Positions 37,585-49,977 of a stretch of 64,000 nucleotides of DNA are shown in pieces. The position numbers and the translations under genes were made by a program. The stretch's first letter is position 1. Each line of letters begins with the position of its first letter. Below the pieces are notes generated by a model that was not told where the DNA came from, ran no database searches, and saw only the letters and a program-made list of their open reading frames with translations. Source of the stretch: Lytechinus pictus (taxonomy: Eukaryota); NCBI RefSeq assembly GCF_037042905.1, contig NC_087252.1, positions 18,478,001 to 18,542,000 of the forward strand. The letters run 5' to 3'.

Positions 37585-38287
37585 GTAGTGATGGTTCTGA
37601 GAGATAATATGGTTTGAGTCGTGGTTTGAAATACCCATTCATGTTTGTTTGTTATGTGTTTGCTTGTGCAGATGTGTGTTTGATTCCATGTTAATGTTGA
37701 TGTTAAGGTGCATGAGAATAATTAAAATAAACCGCTGAAAAACTCATCACCACTGAAAAAAAGAACAGTCCATGACATTCGGTATTGTGTCATTTTGCAA
37801 CTTTTGAATTTTGACCTTGCCCCACATTTCAAGGCACTGCACCTCCATGTGAACCATAATCATATCATGGAGGGTATCATTTTAAAGAGAATTAAATGCT
37901 ATATTCATTGATATTAATTACACGTTGATATTAGCAAACCTGAGGAGGGATTATCGATCAAACTCAGATTTCCAAACTTTTTTTTGAGGAGTTTAGCTAT
38001 ATAGATATATTTACAAACATATATCACATACCGCAATATGGGGACATCCCGATAGACCGCGGGTCCGATAGACCGCGGGTCCGTTAGACCGCGGGTCCGA
38101 TAGACCGCGGGTCCGATAGACCGCGGGTCCGTTAGACCGCGGGTCCGATAGACCGCGGGTCCGATAGTCCGCGGGTCCGATAGACCGCGGGTCCGATAGT
38201 CCGCAGTGTGTGTAAAATTATGATCAGATGTATCAAATGTCATCGAGACGTCCAAAGGTCAAATGATACGAGGCCATGGGGTTCTAT

Positions 38288-41200
38288 CAGGTGCGGATCC
38301 ATGGGGGGCCGAGGGGGAACTGCCTCACCCCCCCCCCAAACCCCCAGCTCAAAAAAGAGGGGGGAAGAGGGGAAAAGTGAGGAAATAAAAAAAGAGGAAG
38401 ATGGGAAAAGAAGAGAATAGAAAAGAGAGTAAGAAGGAGAAAGGAAGAGAAGAAAAAAAAAAAAAAAAGGGGAAAGGAAAGACAAAGAAAAAAATTGAGA
38501 AGAAAAGGGGAAAGAAGAGTAAAAAAAAGAGGAGGGAAAAGGAAAAGAAAGGAGAAAGGAAAAGGAGGAAAAGGAAGGAAAAAAAAGAAGAAGGAAGAGA
38601 AAAATATTTAAATAGAGAGGAAGATGGGAAGAAAGATAAGAAAAGAGAGAGAGAGAGGAAGAGAGGAAAAGAGAAGAAAAAAAGAGAGTAAGGGGGGAAG
38701 AGAGGAAAAACGAGAAAAGAGAGAGGAAAAGAGGGAAAGAAAAGACAGAAAAAGAGAAGAAAAGGGGGAAAGAAAAGATGGGGGAAAAGAGAAGAAAAGG
38801 GGGAAAAGAAGAGGGGGAAAGAAAGAGAGAAAGAAAGAGAAAGGAAGGAAGGGGAATGAGGATAAGAGAAAGAAAAAAGAAAGAAAAGGAGATGGGAAAC
38901 CGAAGAGGGAGATGTTGACCCGGACGTCGATTTGATGGCGCCAAAATGACGTTCGAACTATGGGGCGCCGAATTGATGTTCGATCTAGCGGGGCACCAAA
39001 TTGATGTTCGAACTTGGAAAGCGCTAATTTGAATTTTGACCATAATGCGTCAAATACATGTTTCAGAGAGGGGGCGGGAGGACAAAGTTATATTTCACAT
39101 GGGGGCGCCAAGTTTATGTTCAACCGAGGGCGCCAAATTAACCTTGAACTTAGGGGGCTTCATGCAAATTCATTTTCGACCGGAGGTGCAACATTGCTCG
39201 TATTGCCTGTTTGTAGTGAAATATATGTCCTGCCCAAAAAACTTAAATTAATACGGCTGAATTAAAATATCCCGTTTTTACGATAACAGAAAAAACAATG
39301 TTTTCGAGTTTTAAGTCTGTTTAGCGAGATAGATACACTGTTCAGGGTCACAAAAAAGGGTTATTGTAAAATTCAGCTCGCGCTACGCGCTCGCAATATT
39401 TGATTAATGAGGCATTCATCCTCTGCTTCAATCCCACATGTAAGTGTTAGTGTTTTTCAAGTCAACATACATAGGCCGATCCAGGGGGCAAAGATTTTGC
39501 CCCCCCCCCCCATGGTGGCGCAAAAAAGGGGTAAGAAACAGAAAAAGGGAAGAGAAAAAGGACAAGCAATTAGAATAGGAATTATACCTTAGTCCTTCTT
39601 AAGTCAGTATATAAAAATTGAGCTCGCGCTTCGCGCTGGCATCAATAAATTGTTTAGTTATATACGCATCCCGACCTTACAGTTTTTTATGCGAACGAGA
39701 AGCACAAGCTGAAAATATTTGATATTCTAACCTGACAACTGAAAATGTATTTTTCATTTCATCATTATAAAAGTTTTCAGCTAGCGCTTCGCGGTCGCAT
39801 TCATTTCTTAATAGATATGCATCGTGTTCATCATAACAACTACTTTCATAGGCGGATTGAGGCGGCCCGAGGGCAACCTCCCCCCCCCCCCTATTGACAG
39901 AGCAAATAAATTGTGAAAAACGGGGAAAGAAAAAAAGGGGGAAAGAAAGGAGAAAAAAAGAAGACAAAACATAAAAGGAGAAAGACGAGTGAATAAAATA
40001 AGGTCAGGAGAATACTTGGAAAACAATTTTTAAAAATATTTAATGTCACTATATTAAAGTTTCGCTCGCGCATCGCGCTCGCATTGCCTGTTCAATGAGA
40101 TACATATCTTGCTCAATAGGCTGATATGTAGTTTAAAATATCAAGTTTTGATATCAATATACAAAAAAAAAATCAGCTCGGACATCGATCTTTCATTTTT
40201 TTAATTTTATTTACCAATTCATGATTTTAAGTGCTCTGGAAAATGTCCGTTTTATGGTTTGAATCAACATTTGCAACATTTTGTGCGCTCGCACTATTTG
40301 CCAAGTAGGCCTACCTATTGTCTTTTTATATTTCATATAAGATCCTCTAAATATACCTTTTCAGGTGTCTCGATTGTAAAAAAATAAAATAAAGGCCTAT
40401 GAGCTAGCGCTGTGCGCTCGCATTTTGATTGGTGAGTTATGTATACCTATATATTAATTCTATAACAAACTACTTAAATCCCCCAATTAAAAAATTCCGG
40501 ATCGCAATTTGCGCTCGCATTATTTGCTAAAAATATATCAACCAATGAATCCTATTCATGATTACAAAAATACTTAAAATATCCAGTTTTCAGGCCTCAT
40601 GCACTGTCAACAAATTTCACACATTCATTAGGCTTAACAGATTAATAAATATGAAATAAAATTTGTATGAATTCATAATAACTAAATTGTCCCTTTTTCA
40701 GAAATAAATATCAACAAGTTTTAGGAAAAGAAATAGAAGATAGTCATCATTCTTATATGATGACAAAATGTCCTTAGGCCTAAAATGTCTCGATCTCTAG
40801 GTCAAATAAATAATAAAATATCAGCTCGCGCTTCGCGCTCGCATTATTTATATAGTGCTATCAAATTTCCCTATATACACAGTGCTGTAAACAGTGCTTA
40901 AATTTACCCTTTTCATATCGGAATTTCAAATATTATTTTCACCTCGGGCTCTGCGCTCGCATTATTAATTTTTATGATGAAGAATGAAATGTATTCAGAT
41001 TGCCAGGATTCTGCCTAACTCTAAAACACGCGCACGCATGTTTTTTGAGATACAAAGCTTGATCTTATTCAAAACGTGCTAAAATTATCCAGTTTCGAAT
41101 CAGAATATCAAAAATGTTCTGCTCGCGCTTTGCGCTCGCATTATTATTGTAGGGGAGATACAAAAAATTACCCATCCTTTTTCAAGATTGACAAACATGA

Positions 41201-42574
41201 ATCGAATGTCCCATTGGGGGATTTGAAATCTCATCTTTTTAGGTTGGAATATCAAAAATGTTCAGCTCGCGCTACGCGCTCGCATTATTTAATCGTTGAA
41301 ATGTGTATCGTCTTAATGGCTAACTGCAAAACATCCTTAACTGGTCCCTTTTCGACCAGGCCAGAACGAATATTTAACATTTCTGCTCGCGCTTCGCGCT
41401 CGTGGTAATCATACGCGTCCTGTTCAGGTTCACAAACATTGCCCAAAATGTTCAATTTTCAGGACAAAATACATGAAATTTCATCTTTAGATTACATAGG
41501 GCTTAAGAGATTATTACACATTTATGTTGCTTATAAAGTAAAGCTAGGAAATGACTGTTAAAAAATAGAGAGAATCAAGACTAAGAAAAAATAGAGAGAA
41601 AATGAAAGGGATTAGGATGAAATATAATATTATTTTCCAAATATTATGTCAAAATCTATCACAACCTTGTATTTTTGTAATAAAACTGTCAGGATATTTG
41701 CTTGCTCGCTTCGCTCACTGGCAACTTCTTATTAATTTTATGCGATACACCATATCGAGCCCCCTCGAAATTGTTGGCTCATTACGGCACTGGGACAACC
41801 CCTTCAAAGAAAAAAAAAATCAACTTTGAGCGGCCGATCGGGGAAAACATGGGTGAAAAAATGGCCCCTCATCCTATTGGCAGAAGCTGGGTCCGCCCCT
41901 GACTTAGGCTTTCAGGATATAATACATGAAAAATCTATTAAAAAAAAGATCGCGCTTCGCGTTCTCATTATTTATTTAGGCCTTGTGAGATACCTCAATT
42001 TGTTTTTAAGAATGAAATCTCAGATTTTCTTTGACGTCTACCCCCCCATTTCATTTATTATTTTTAACTTGGTGCCCTCGCCACCCCCCCCCCCTCCGTG
42101 CACCCATGCTGAATAAATACGCCACTGATGAGGAGAATTAGTCGATTGCTTCGATATTGCATTATTCCCAAGAGGTTATCATTAATACTATTGAAGGGTA
42201 TTCTAACACAACAGTACAGAAACTACAGCTCCCGTTCACACAATATTCTAGTAGGGCCTACATTGGTTAGAAGTTAAACCAAATTGAACCCCCCCCCCCA
42301 CCAAAAAAAAAAAAAAAATCACTCGTGTTTCGCGCTCCCATTGATATTACATTATATATTAATGGATTTTTTTTTTCAAGAACACATGAAAAAGTGGTCT
42401 TTATTTTTTTTTATTGTGATTATAAGATAATTCAAAATCCATTTAAGGCACTTAAGTTAGCATTGCCGGGAGGGAGTGGGCGCTATTTTTCGAAAAGTAC
42501 ACATATGGGCGCCAAAAATCAGGTCAAATTTGGGCCCCCCCCCCCTTTCCCACGAAATCCTGGATCCGCGCCTG
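38288..42574. mobile_element. 4.3-kb hAT-like non-autonomous (composite) element
   Basis: TIR CAGGTGCGGATCCA / TGGATCCGCGCCTG; 8-bp TSD GGTTCTAT (38280-38287, 42575-42582); polypurine tract 38350-38910; recurring gctcgcgcttcgcgctcgc motif. Confidence 0.85.
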
Positions 42575-42722
42575 GGTTCTATAATAATAACCCAATTAGG
42601 GCAATCACCCCCTGACAACTACTTCAAGGAAAATATTATCCCCATATTTTTACCGCCGGGGACTGATACCCACCCCGCGGAAATTTACCCTCCAGACAAT
42701 TACCCCGGATAATTACCCCTAG

Positions 42723-43413
42723 TACGGAGCCTTGAAAATGCCATCAACGTGACGACATGGCGTGGTACTTTATATTGCCATGTCTTAATTAATCATTGGC
42801 GGCGGAAGGCAAAAAAATTTAGGGGGGTCCACCTGAAATTTTGGGATGGACACAGGTAACAAATTTGACAAGCAAGTCAACTAAAATTTATAAGAAGGAC
42901 CACCAAAAATTTTTGACAAGAAAAAAAGGTTATCAACCAAAATTAGGGGGGGGGGACAAAAAGATTTTAGGGGGGTCCACCTCAATTTAGGGGGGGACGT
43001 AGAAAACAAATTGACAAGCAAAAAAAAGGTTCTCAACTAAAAATCTAGGGGGGACCGTCCCCCACCTCAAATTTAGGGGGTAAAGGTCCCCCCCCCGCTT
43101 CCGCTGCCTAAGTAATTAATACGCTTATTATTTCGACATAGCGATATATTCTATCTTGTCAAGTCGATATGTCCACATGGCGAGATATGAAGTGTACAAG
43201 TCCCGGCGAGAATCCCGATATCGCTATGTTGACATGTAACTTATTTAAGTCGACTTGGCAAGATAAAATATCTCGCCATGTTGACATATAACTTTTTATA
43301 AGTGGCAGGATAACGTATCGCGCCATGCGGACATAATAAGCTTATTTAGTCGACATGGCAAGATAAAGTATCTCGCCATGTCGTCAAGTCGATGGCATTT
43401 TAGAGGCTCCGTA
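42723..43413. mobile_element. IS3EU-like MITE
   Basis: TIR TACGGAGCCTTGAAAATGCCATC / GATGGCATTTTAGAGGCTCCGTA; internal gacatggcgagata repeats; no TSD found. Confidence 0.7.
42794..43112. mobile_element. hAT-like MITE nested in the IS3EU-like MITE
   Basis: CATTGGCGGCGGAAG / CTTCCGCTGCCTAAG; 8-bp TSD TAATTAAT. Confidence 0.8.
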
Positions 43414-43957
43414 TGGCGTCTAGAGGGTAAATTTCCGGGGGGGGGGGGGTAAAAGTCCCTGACGATAAAAATATGGGGATAATATTTTCCTTGTAGTAGA
43501 TGTCAGGGGGCGATTGTCCTTTGGGTCATCGTTATAGAACCCCACGGACTCGTATCATTGGCCTTTTGACCTCTTGATGGCATTGGATCTCACTATATCC
43601 TGATCATAATTTTACACACACCGCGGACTATCGGACCCGCGGACTATCGGACCCGCGGTCTATCGGACCCGCGGTCTATCGGACCCGCGGACTATCGGAC
43701 CCGCGGTCTATCGGACCCGCGGACTATCGGACCTGCGGTCTATCGGACCCGCGGTCTATCGGGCTGTAACCCCGCAATATTACCGTGCTAATATACATGT
43801 AACTGTACTTCATGTATTTTCTTACTCCTTGTGTACTATTTATATATGTTCTAATTTTTTTATCTGTTATAGAGCCGGAAAAGATGGCTTAAATCTGAAA
43901 GCTTCGATAATTGAATTGGTGTTCTTCAGCAATGTCCTATCGTTTTGTATTTTCTTT

Positions 43958-43993
<36 letters not shown>

Positions 43994-44027
43994 ACGGTCC
44001 TCTGTCTTCCTCAGGAGTTTAATGTAA

Positions 44028-44065
44028 ACTCCTGAAGAAGACGGAGGACCGTCGAAAATTTGAGT
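44028..44065 (+). ncRNA. PLE-type minimal (type I) hammerhead ribozyme
   Basis: Stem I ACTC/GAGT, core CTGAAGA, stem II GACGG(AGGA)CCGTC, GAAA, palindromic AAATTT in place of stem III; preceded by a partial inverted copy (43994-44021). Confidence 0.7.
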
Positions 44066-44148
44066 GAATACTAAAAACTTAATTGGCAATCAAAGCATTA
44101 TCAGCAGCATTATGTTGTTGCATATACATATACATATATATATAGCTT

Positions 44149-44191
<43 letters not shown>

Positions 44192-44332
44192 TATAATTTT
44201 ATAATTTTTAAATGTTCACACAAATGTCGAAAAGAGATGACTTGGACTTAAATGCTCCTTGAGCATTCTTTGGAATAGTGGACGTTAGAACTATTGTTAT
44301 CAATAGTATTATTATTTTTAGTTCTTCTCTAG

Positions 44333-44432
44333 ACGGCTCCAGAGCACCTCCCCCTGAAAAACCGATATATTGAAGAAAAAAAATACACGCCTGGAGAGTT
44401 AATATGTAAAAATTTGGCTTGTTACCTGATCG
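44333..44432 (+). CDS. Candidate upstream exon of the death-fold-repeat gene
   Basis: ttcttctctAG acceptor, open TAPEHLPLKNRYIEEKKYTPGELICKNLACYLI, donor G|GTAGTT; phase-1 end fits exon 46077. Confidence 0.4.
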
Positions 44433-44505
44433 GTAGTTTTCGACGGTAAAATGCAAATAAGATTTCGACCTCTTTTAAATTGCTGTTCAGAAACAAAAAT
44501 GAAAT

Positions 44506-45982
44506 AACAAGGCAAAAGCAATTTTGTGTCTCGCCCACTTATGAAAATAACCAGAAATATCGTGATTTGCGAGGGCACGCAAGAGAATTACATCGAAACT
44601 TCATTGTGAAATGACTGGGATGGAATAACACTTGTCATAAGAGCCTTGCACGTAAACTTTAATGTTGACTTGACAATGACCTTTGACCTTATTATGTGAT
44701 CTCCGACTGCAGCATAACATGCAGGTCCCCCCAAGTCCATCTACCATCCAAGTTTGGTTTAAAAGTGACTTACGGTTGTGGAGTTAGGTGTCATAAGAGT
44801 CTTGCATGTAAACTTTAATGTTGACCTGAAATGACCTTTGACCTTACCATGTGACCTCTGACTGCAGCATAACATGCACGCCCCCAAGTCTATTTAACAT
44901 CCAAGTTTGGTTGAAATGCAACTTACGGTTGCGGAGTTAGGTGTCATAAGAGAGTCTTGCATGTAAACTTTAACGTTGACCGAAAATGACCTTTGACCTT
45001 ATCATGTGACCTCCGACTGCAGCATAACATGCAGTTCCCCGGCCCCAAGTCCATCTCCCATCCAAGTTTGGTTGAAAAGCGACATACGGTTGCGGAGTTA
45101 GGTGTCATAAGAGAGTCTTGCATGTAAACTTTAACGTTGACCTGAAAATGACCTTTGACCTTACCATATGACCTCAGACTGCAGCATAATACGCAGGTCC
45201 CCCAAGTCCATCTACCATCCAAGTTTGGTTGAAAAGCGACTTACGGTTGCGGAGTTAGGTGTCATAAGAGAGTCTTGCATGTAAACTTTAACGTTGACCT
45301 GAAAATGACCTTTGACCTTACCATATGACCTCAGACTGCAGCATAATACGCAGGTCCCCCAAGTCCATCTACCATCCAAGTTTGGTTGAAAAGCGACATA
45401 CAGTTGTGGAGTTAGGTGTCATAAGAGAGTCTTGCATGTAAACTTTAACGTTGACCTGAAAATGACCTTTGACCTTACCATGTGACCTCCGACTGCAGCA
45501 TAACATGCAGTTCCCCGGCCCCAAGTCCATCTCCCATCCAAGTTTGGTTGAAAAGCGACATACGGTTGCGGAGTTAGGTGTCATAAGAGAGTCTTGCATG
45601 TAAACTTTAACGTTGACCTGAAAATGACCTTTGACCTTACCATATGACCTCAGACTGCAGCATAACATGCATGTCCCCCAAGTTCATCTACCATTCAAGT
45701 TTGGTTGAAAAGCAACTTACGGTTGTGGAGTTAAGTGTCATAAGAGAGCTAGTCTTGCATGTAAACTTTAACATTGACCTGAAAATGACCTTTGACCTTA
45801 CCATGTGACCTAAGACTGCAGCATAACATGCAGGTCCCCCAAGTCCATCTACCATCCAAGTTTGGTTGAAAAGCGACTCACGGTTGTGGAGTTATGTGTC
45901 ATTACAGGTTTGTGACGGACGGACGACGGACGACATTTGGATCCCTAAGTCTCGCCTTCACCTCTGGTGGGCGAGACAAAAA
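44506..45982 (-). mobile_element. HINE/DINE-1-like element (second family)
   Basis: Sub-TIRs GTCTCGCCCAC / GTGGGCGAGAC, (GACG)n microsatellite, tandem tgacctttgacct repeats 44630-45900, aacaag...aaaaa ends. Confidence 0.8.
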
Positions 45983-46076
45983 TAGACTTTTGTTTGGCAC
46001 CCTTCCTTTACTAGCACACAAGCATTCCCACGTATTATTACTGTTTGGTATATCCATTTCATGTTCTTTACATCAG

Positions 46077-46331
46077 CTGAAACTGATAAAACTGACGCTT
46101 CTAATGACAAGTGGCTAACTGACAAGAAGATCGAGCAGATTATCAAGCTTGTCCCTGTGGAGTCTTTGATGAAGCTCTGTGAGTATCTAAACATTCACCA
46201 CGGAGGAGAGGATTTTAACGAAGAGTTGGCAAAGAAATTGCTGTGTACATGGAGAGACAAGATACCAGAACAAGATCATCCTAAAATGATTAAAAAGCTA
46301 TCCGCAGGAATACAAGACATCAATTTCGGTG
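46077..46331 (+). CDS. Internal exon, death-fold-like helical domain
   Basis: catcAG acceptor, G|GTGGGT donor, phase 1/1; LTDKKIEQII...LMKLCEYLNI...AKKLLCTWRDK resembles the death-domain pattern. Confidence 0.7.
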
Positions 46332-47276
46332 GTGGGTATATCATAGGTCGATGAAATAATGAATGGTATGATATCAAACTGACTATAACTCCCATTGGCC
46401 GACCTCCTAAGTGCATACTAGATGTTTGTCCAATATTGGCGTATGTAGCAGTATTCAATGGAGGACCCACTATTCAACAACTAGGAGATTTAGAAACAAT
46501 ACAGAAAATTAGATAAGATGCGGATAAATTCTCAGAAGGAATTAAGGAAGATCCCCACGTATTATGTTCGGAAAATCATTTTCAAAATCTGCAATATATA
46601 TAACTGCAGAAGAAGGATGAAATAATGTCGATTCGTACCTTTCTTTCTTTTTTCATTAAAGCTAAAATGAACCAATAGCGCCATTCCGAGTCCTCAACTA
46701 CTCACCCTGGGCACATTTCCTGACCCATAATAATAGTAGTCTAGCAATATGGACCAACTTGAATGATAACATGCTAATTAACTACTCAATAGATTTATAC
46801 CGCAAAAACGATAAGTAGCAAAACAATTACATTTCCTCTCAAAACATTTTAGTTTCTGTATAAATACAATTGGAGGTAAATTTATTATCTGAAGTATTAG
46901 TAGATATCTGAAGACGTTTTATTATAAGACAATGTATTTATAACACACAGTCAATGAGAGACCACACACAATTCACTCCCCATGTAGCACATGGAGCTTT
47001 GCTCGTTTTTAGACACAATTCAAATACAAATCCAATTTAATATTTGGACAAAAATGCAATACAATATTTTGTAGACTTGCTAAGTACTCAATAATACAAT
47101 TGAAATCACAAGCACCACTTAAAATTTTCACTAAAACAGCTGTGAGACAAATTTTTTTCTACTTTTTTTTGCAAGTAGAAATGTTCCTTGTAGGTTTACG
47201 GTCTAATTTGTTTGGCAATAACATTAATTCAACATTCTGAAAAATGAGGTCAGATTGAAAAACTTCTTGTCCGTAG

Positions 47277-47582
47277 GTTTGATGTCTGGTAAAAAGGGAA
47301 CATCAATCTACAAAGCAGAACTGGTCGATCTTGCTCTCGATTTGATAATGGTTGATCTCCGTCCGTTTGCAAAGGCCTTGGGGATCAGTAGTGAGAGGAA
47401 CTTCGTATCTTACAGGAAAGCATTCAAGCCCTCTCATCTGGAGCTTGGAACTATAAGACTTGTTTTGATGATGGTCGATATGTATCCGAAGGTTGTTTTC
47501 GAAAACAAAGATGTGAGAGTGTCTGTTTGCAGTATCCTTGATAAGGCTGGATATGTGAACGCCATGAAACGGTTCGACTTTG
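47277..47582 (+). CDS. Internal exon, death-fold-like domain
   Basis: ccgtAG acceptor, G|GTAAGA donor, phase 1/1; ELVDLALDL...LRPFAKALGIS...VCSILDKAGY. Confidence 0.75.
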
Positions 47583-47886
47583 GTAAGAAAAATCTTTCGA
47601 AATATTATTTAGGTTACCATTTTTAGATTAAAGGGATATCCTTTAGGCCTACTTTAATAAACGAATCCACATGATAATTTTCTCTTTTGTTAAACTATTT
47701 CTTCTCTTTGCTTTTCATTTGCGTTCATTTTGTTTTAGTTCTTTTGTATATTTTTTACTCTTTTAGATTGTTCACGGTGTTGTATCAAAGCAGTTTTAAG
47801 CAGATTTTAACTGCATTTGAATACATAGAATAAAGAATACAAATACTAAGATCATATTTGATTTTGATTCCTTTATTTACATGAAG

Positions 47887-48516
47887 CCTTTGAACCCAGT
47901 TATGGAGAACTTTATTCTTTAACAACGGCATGTAAGTTTGGGTACACTGCAAACGCGAAGGAAAAGAAGGATACCGGAAATGAACGAATGCCAACCTCTC
48001 CTCCTGGAGACCAACTTAACGATGACAAAACTGTGGAGATTGATTCAGGGGAACCGCACGCCAGCATCCCTTCACCGAATCACGAAGAAACTGGATTTGA
48101 TCGTAAAGATAAAAGCGCCCCACAGTCTCCTCCTGGAGACCAAGTTAGCGATGACAAAACTGTGGAGACTGATTCAGGGGAACCGCACGCTAGCATCCCT
48201 TCACCAAATCTCGAAGAAACTGGAGTTGATCGTAAAGATAAAAGCGCCCCACAATCGGAAGAAGCAGAAGTTGCCAGTAAAGTCGACACAAAGAAGAAAG
48301 GACAATCAAAGAAAACAACACATCCTCTCCTAGAACTGTTTGAATTGACCGATGAAGACATGCAAGACATCCCCGACGAAATAGAAGCATCCAGATTTAA
48401 AATATTTCAGATTTGGAAAGAGAAGGTGTGTCCAGGTCTAATCGATCACCGCTTAGTCTTAGCAGAGGGCTTAAAGAAAATAGATAAGGGAAATATTGCA
48501 GCTTATCTGATAAATG
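47887..48516 (+). CDS. Internal exon, death-fold-like domain interrupted by an acidic 43-aa duplication
   Basis: Inferred AAG acceptor at 47886 (start less certain), donor G|GTACTT; 129-bp tandem duplication 47997-48254; FKIFQIWKEK...RLVLAEGLKKIDKGNIAAYL. Confidence 0.65.
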
Positions 48517-49400
48517 GTACTTTGATTAATATCTTTATATTATTTTCATCATCTTGATCATCATCATCGGCATCTTTACCAATATTGTCATATCATTATT
48601 TTCATTATCTTTTTGTAATTTTGACTATCAGTTTCATTATTGTTACTATTGTTATTGATATTATTGATTGTCACTCTTTATTTTTGTCATTCGCATTATC
48701 GTATGTAGTATCATTTATATCATTGTCATCATTACAATTAGTAACATCGATTGTGTATATTTCTACATCATAGTAATATATAATCACTCTTATCATAGCT
48801 TTTTGCTATAGCTTATCGTTGTATTTATTATCGTTTTCATTATTTTACCATTAACATCATAATGTTTACTCCTGCAATTATCAATATTCATTTATTCGGC
48901 TACATGATACAGAAAATCGATAATTTATTCACATTGGAAAAAGGGAATTAAAATCGAATATAAAAATTGGTAAAACCGATCGAGGCAGAATCGAGAGAAT
49001 AAGAATGTTTACCCATGGGCCAGTGCTCATAAATGTTTCAAATTATGATGAATTCATGTTCCACCTACGATTATAAAAGAAACTAATCGTACTTCATCAT
49101 TAATGCACGTTATTCATTTGATGGAAGAATCTAATTCAGACTACAATTCGTTTATCTTCTTCTTTCAATATGGCCTAAGTCATCTGATTTTTTATGGCTT
49201 TAATTTACCTTCGGCTCATACTCTTCGCTGCTTGCTCAAGCGTATACCCAACAAGCAACTATATCAATATTACAAAACCTTCATTTTTAAATTATGATCT
49301 TGTTCGAGTAAGAGATTCTTTTTATAGGCTGTAGAATCAGACAACCACCATTAGGTAAATTGAGTAATCCATTACTGCTCACTTTATGAAACATTTACAG

Positions 49401-49822
49401 GCGAATTCAAGGACAGAGAGACAAGCATGGATTTCATTGAAGATATGATGAGTAGAATGGGGAAAAAACAGCAAGAATCTCTTCTACGTCTGCTGCGGAA
49501 GAAACGTGATAAAAAAGATTACCGTCGATCTGAGACGACACAATGGATCTTTGACTGGGTGGCAGGCTGGACTAAAGAGATAAAAAGCTGGACCAAAAAT
49601 TATGTAAAAGGTGCAGTGCAGATAAAACAAGTGGATGAGAAACACCGGGATTTCAATGATAAACTGGTAGAAAATGGCTTTCTTGATTTGGCAAGAGAAA
49701 TTATGATCATAGAACAAGGATTGGAAGTAGATCCTGTAATGGAAAGGGTCCCTAACAAGGAAAATGTTTTAACTTACATGAAAACTATCAAAGAAACTGT
49801 CGTTGCTAAGAAAAATCGATAA
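49401..49822 (+). CDS. Terminal coding exon, death-fold-like domain
   Basis: tttacAG acceptor, phase 1; open to TAA 49820-49822; QWIFDWV...FNDKLVENGFLDLAREI. Confidence 0.75.
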
Positions 49823-49935
49823 ATTTATATGCTTCTTGAAATTTATAAAAACACTACAACCTCTAACAAAAGTCAAATTCCATCCTTTTCAGGTTATATA
49901 TATACACCCACACACACACAATAATAATGATGATA

Positions 49936-49977
<42 letters not shown>

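Larger units (their letters stand above)
30947..37993. mobile_element. Tc1/mariner-like non-autonomous element hosting the Academ-like insert
   Basis: TIR AACCCCTCAAAAAAAGTTTGGAAATCTG / CAGATTTCCAAACTTTTTTTTGAGGAGTT; TA flanks; left end tandemly duplicated (~30955-31090, ~31154-31290). Confidence 0.75.
38040..43771. mobile_element. MULE/foldback-like element with nested inserts
   Basis: 9-bp TSD CCGCAATAT (38031-38039, 43772-43780); GG-starting TIRs containing tandem gatagaccgcgggtcc repeats; left arm resumes at 42583 after the hAT-like insert. Confidence 0.85.

Noticed and set aside
35590..37617. MAAILDFKMAA / SWRPSWISKW repeat ORFs
   Set aside because: Artefacts of the Academ-like repeat array, open in several frames
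38240..39043. 267-aa F/S/L-rich and K/E/R-rich ORFs
   Set aside because: Translations of a polypurine/polypyrimidine tract
43873..43906. Third hammerhead-like motif (ccggaaaagat...atctgaaagctt)
   Set aside because: Core too degenerate to support a call
44944..45668. Cys-containing repeated ORFs (MLCCSLRSYGKVKGHF)
   Set aside because: Translation of HINE tandem repeats
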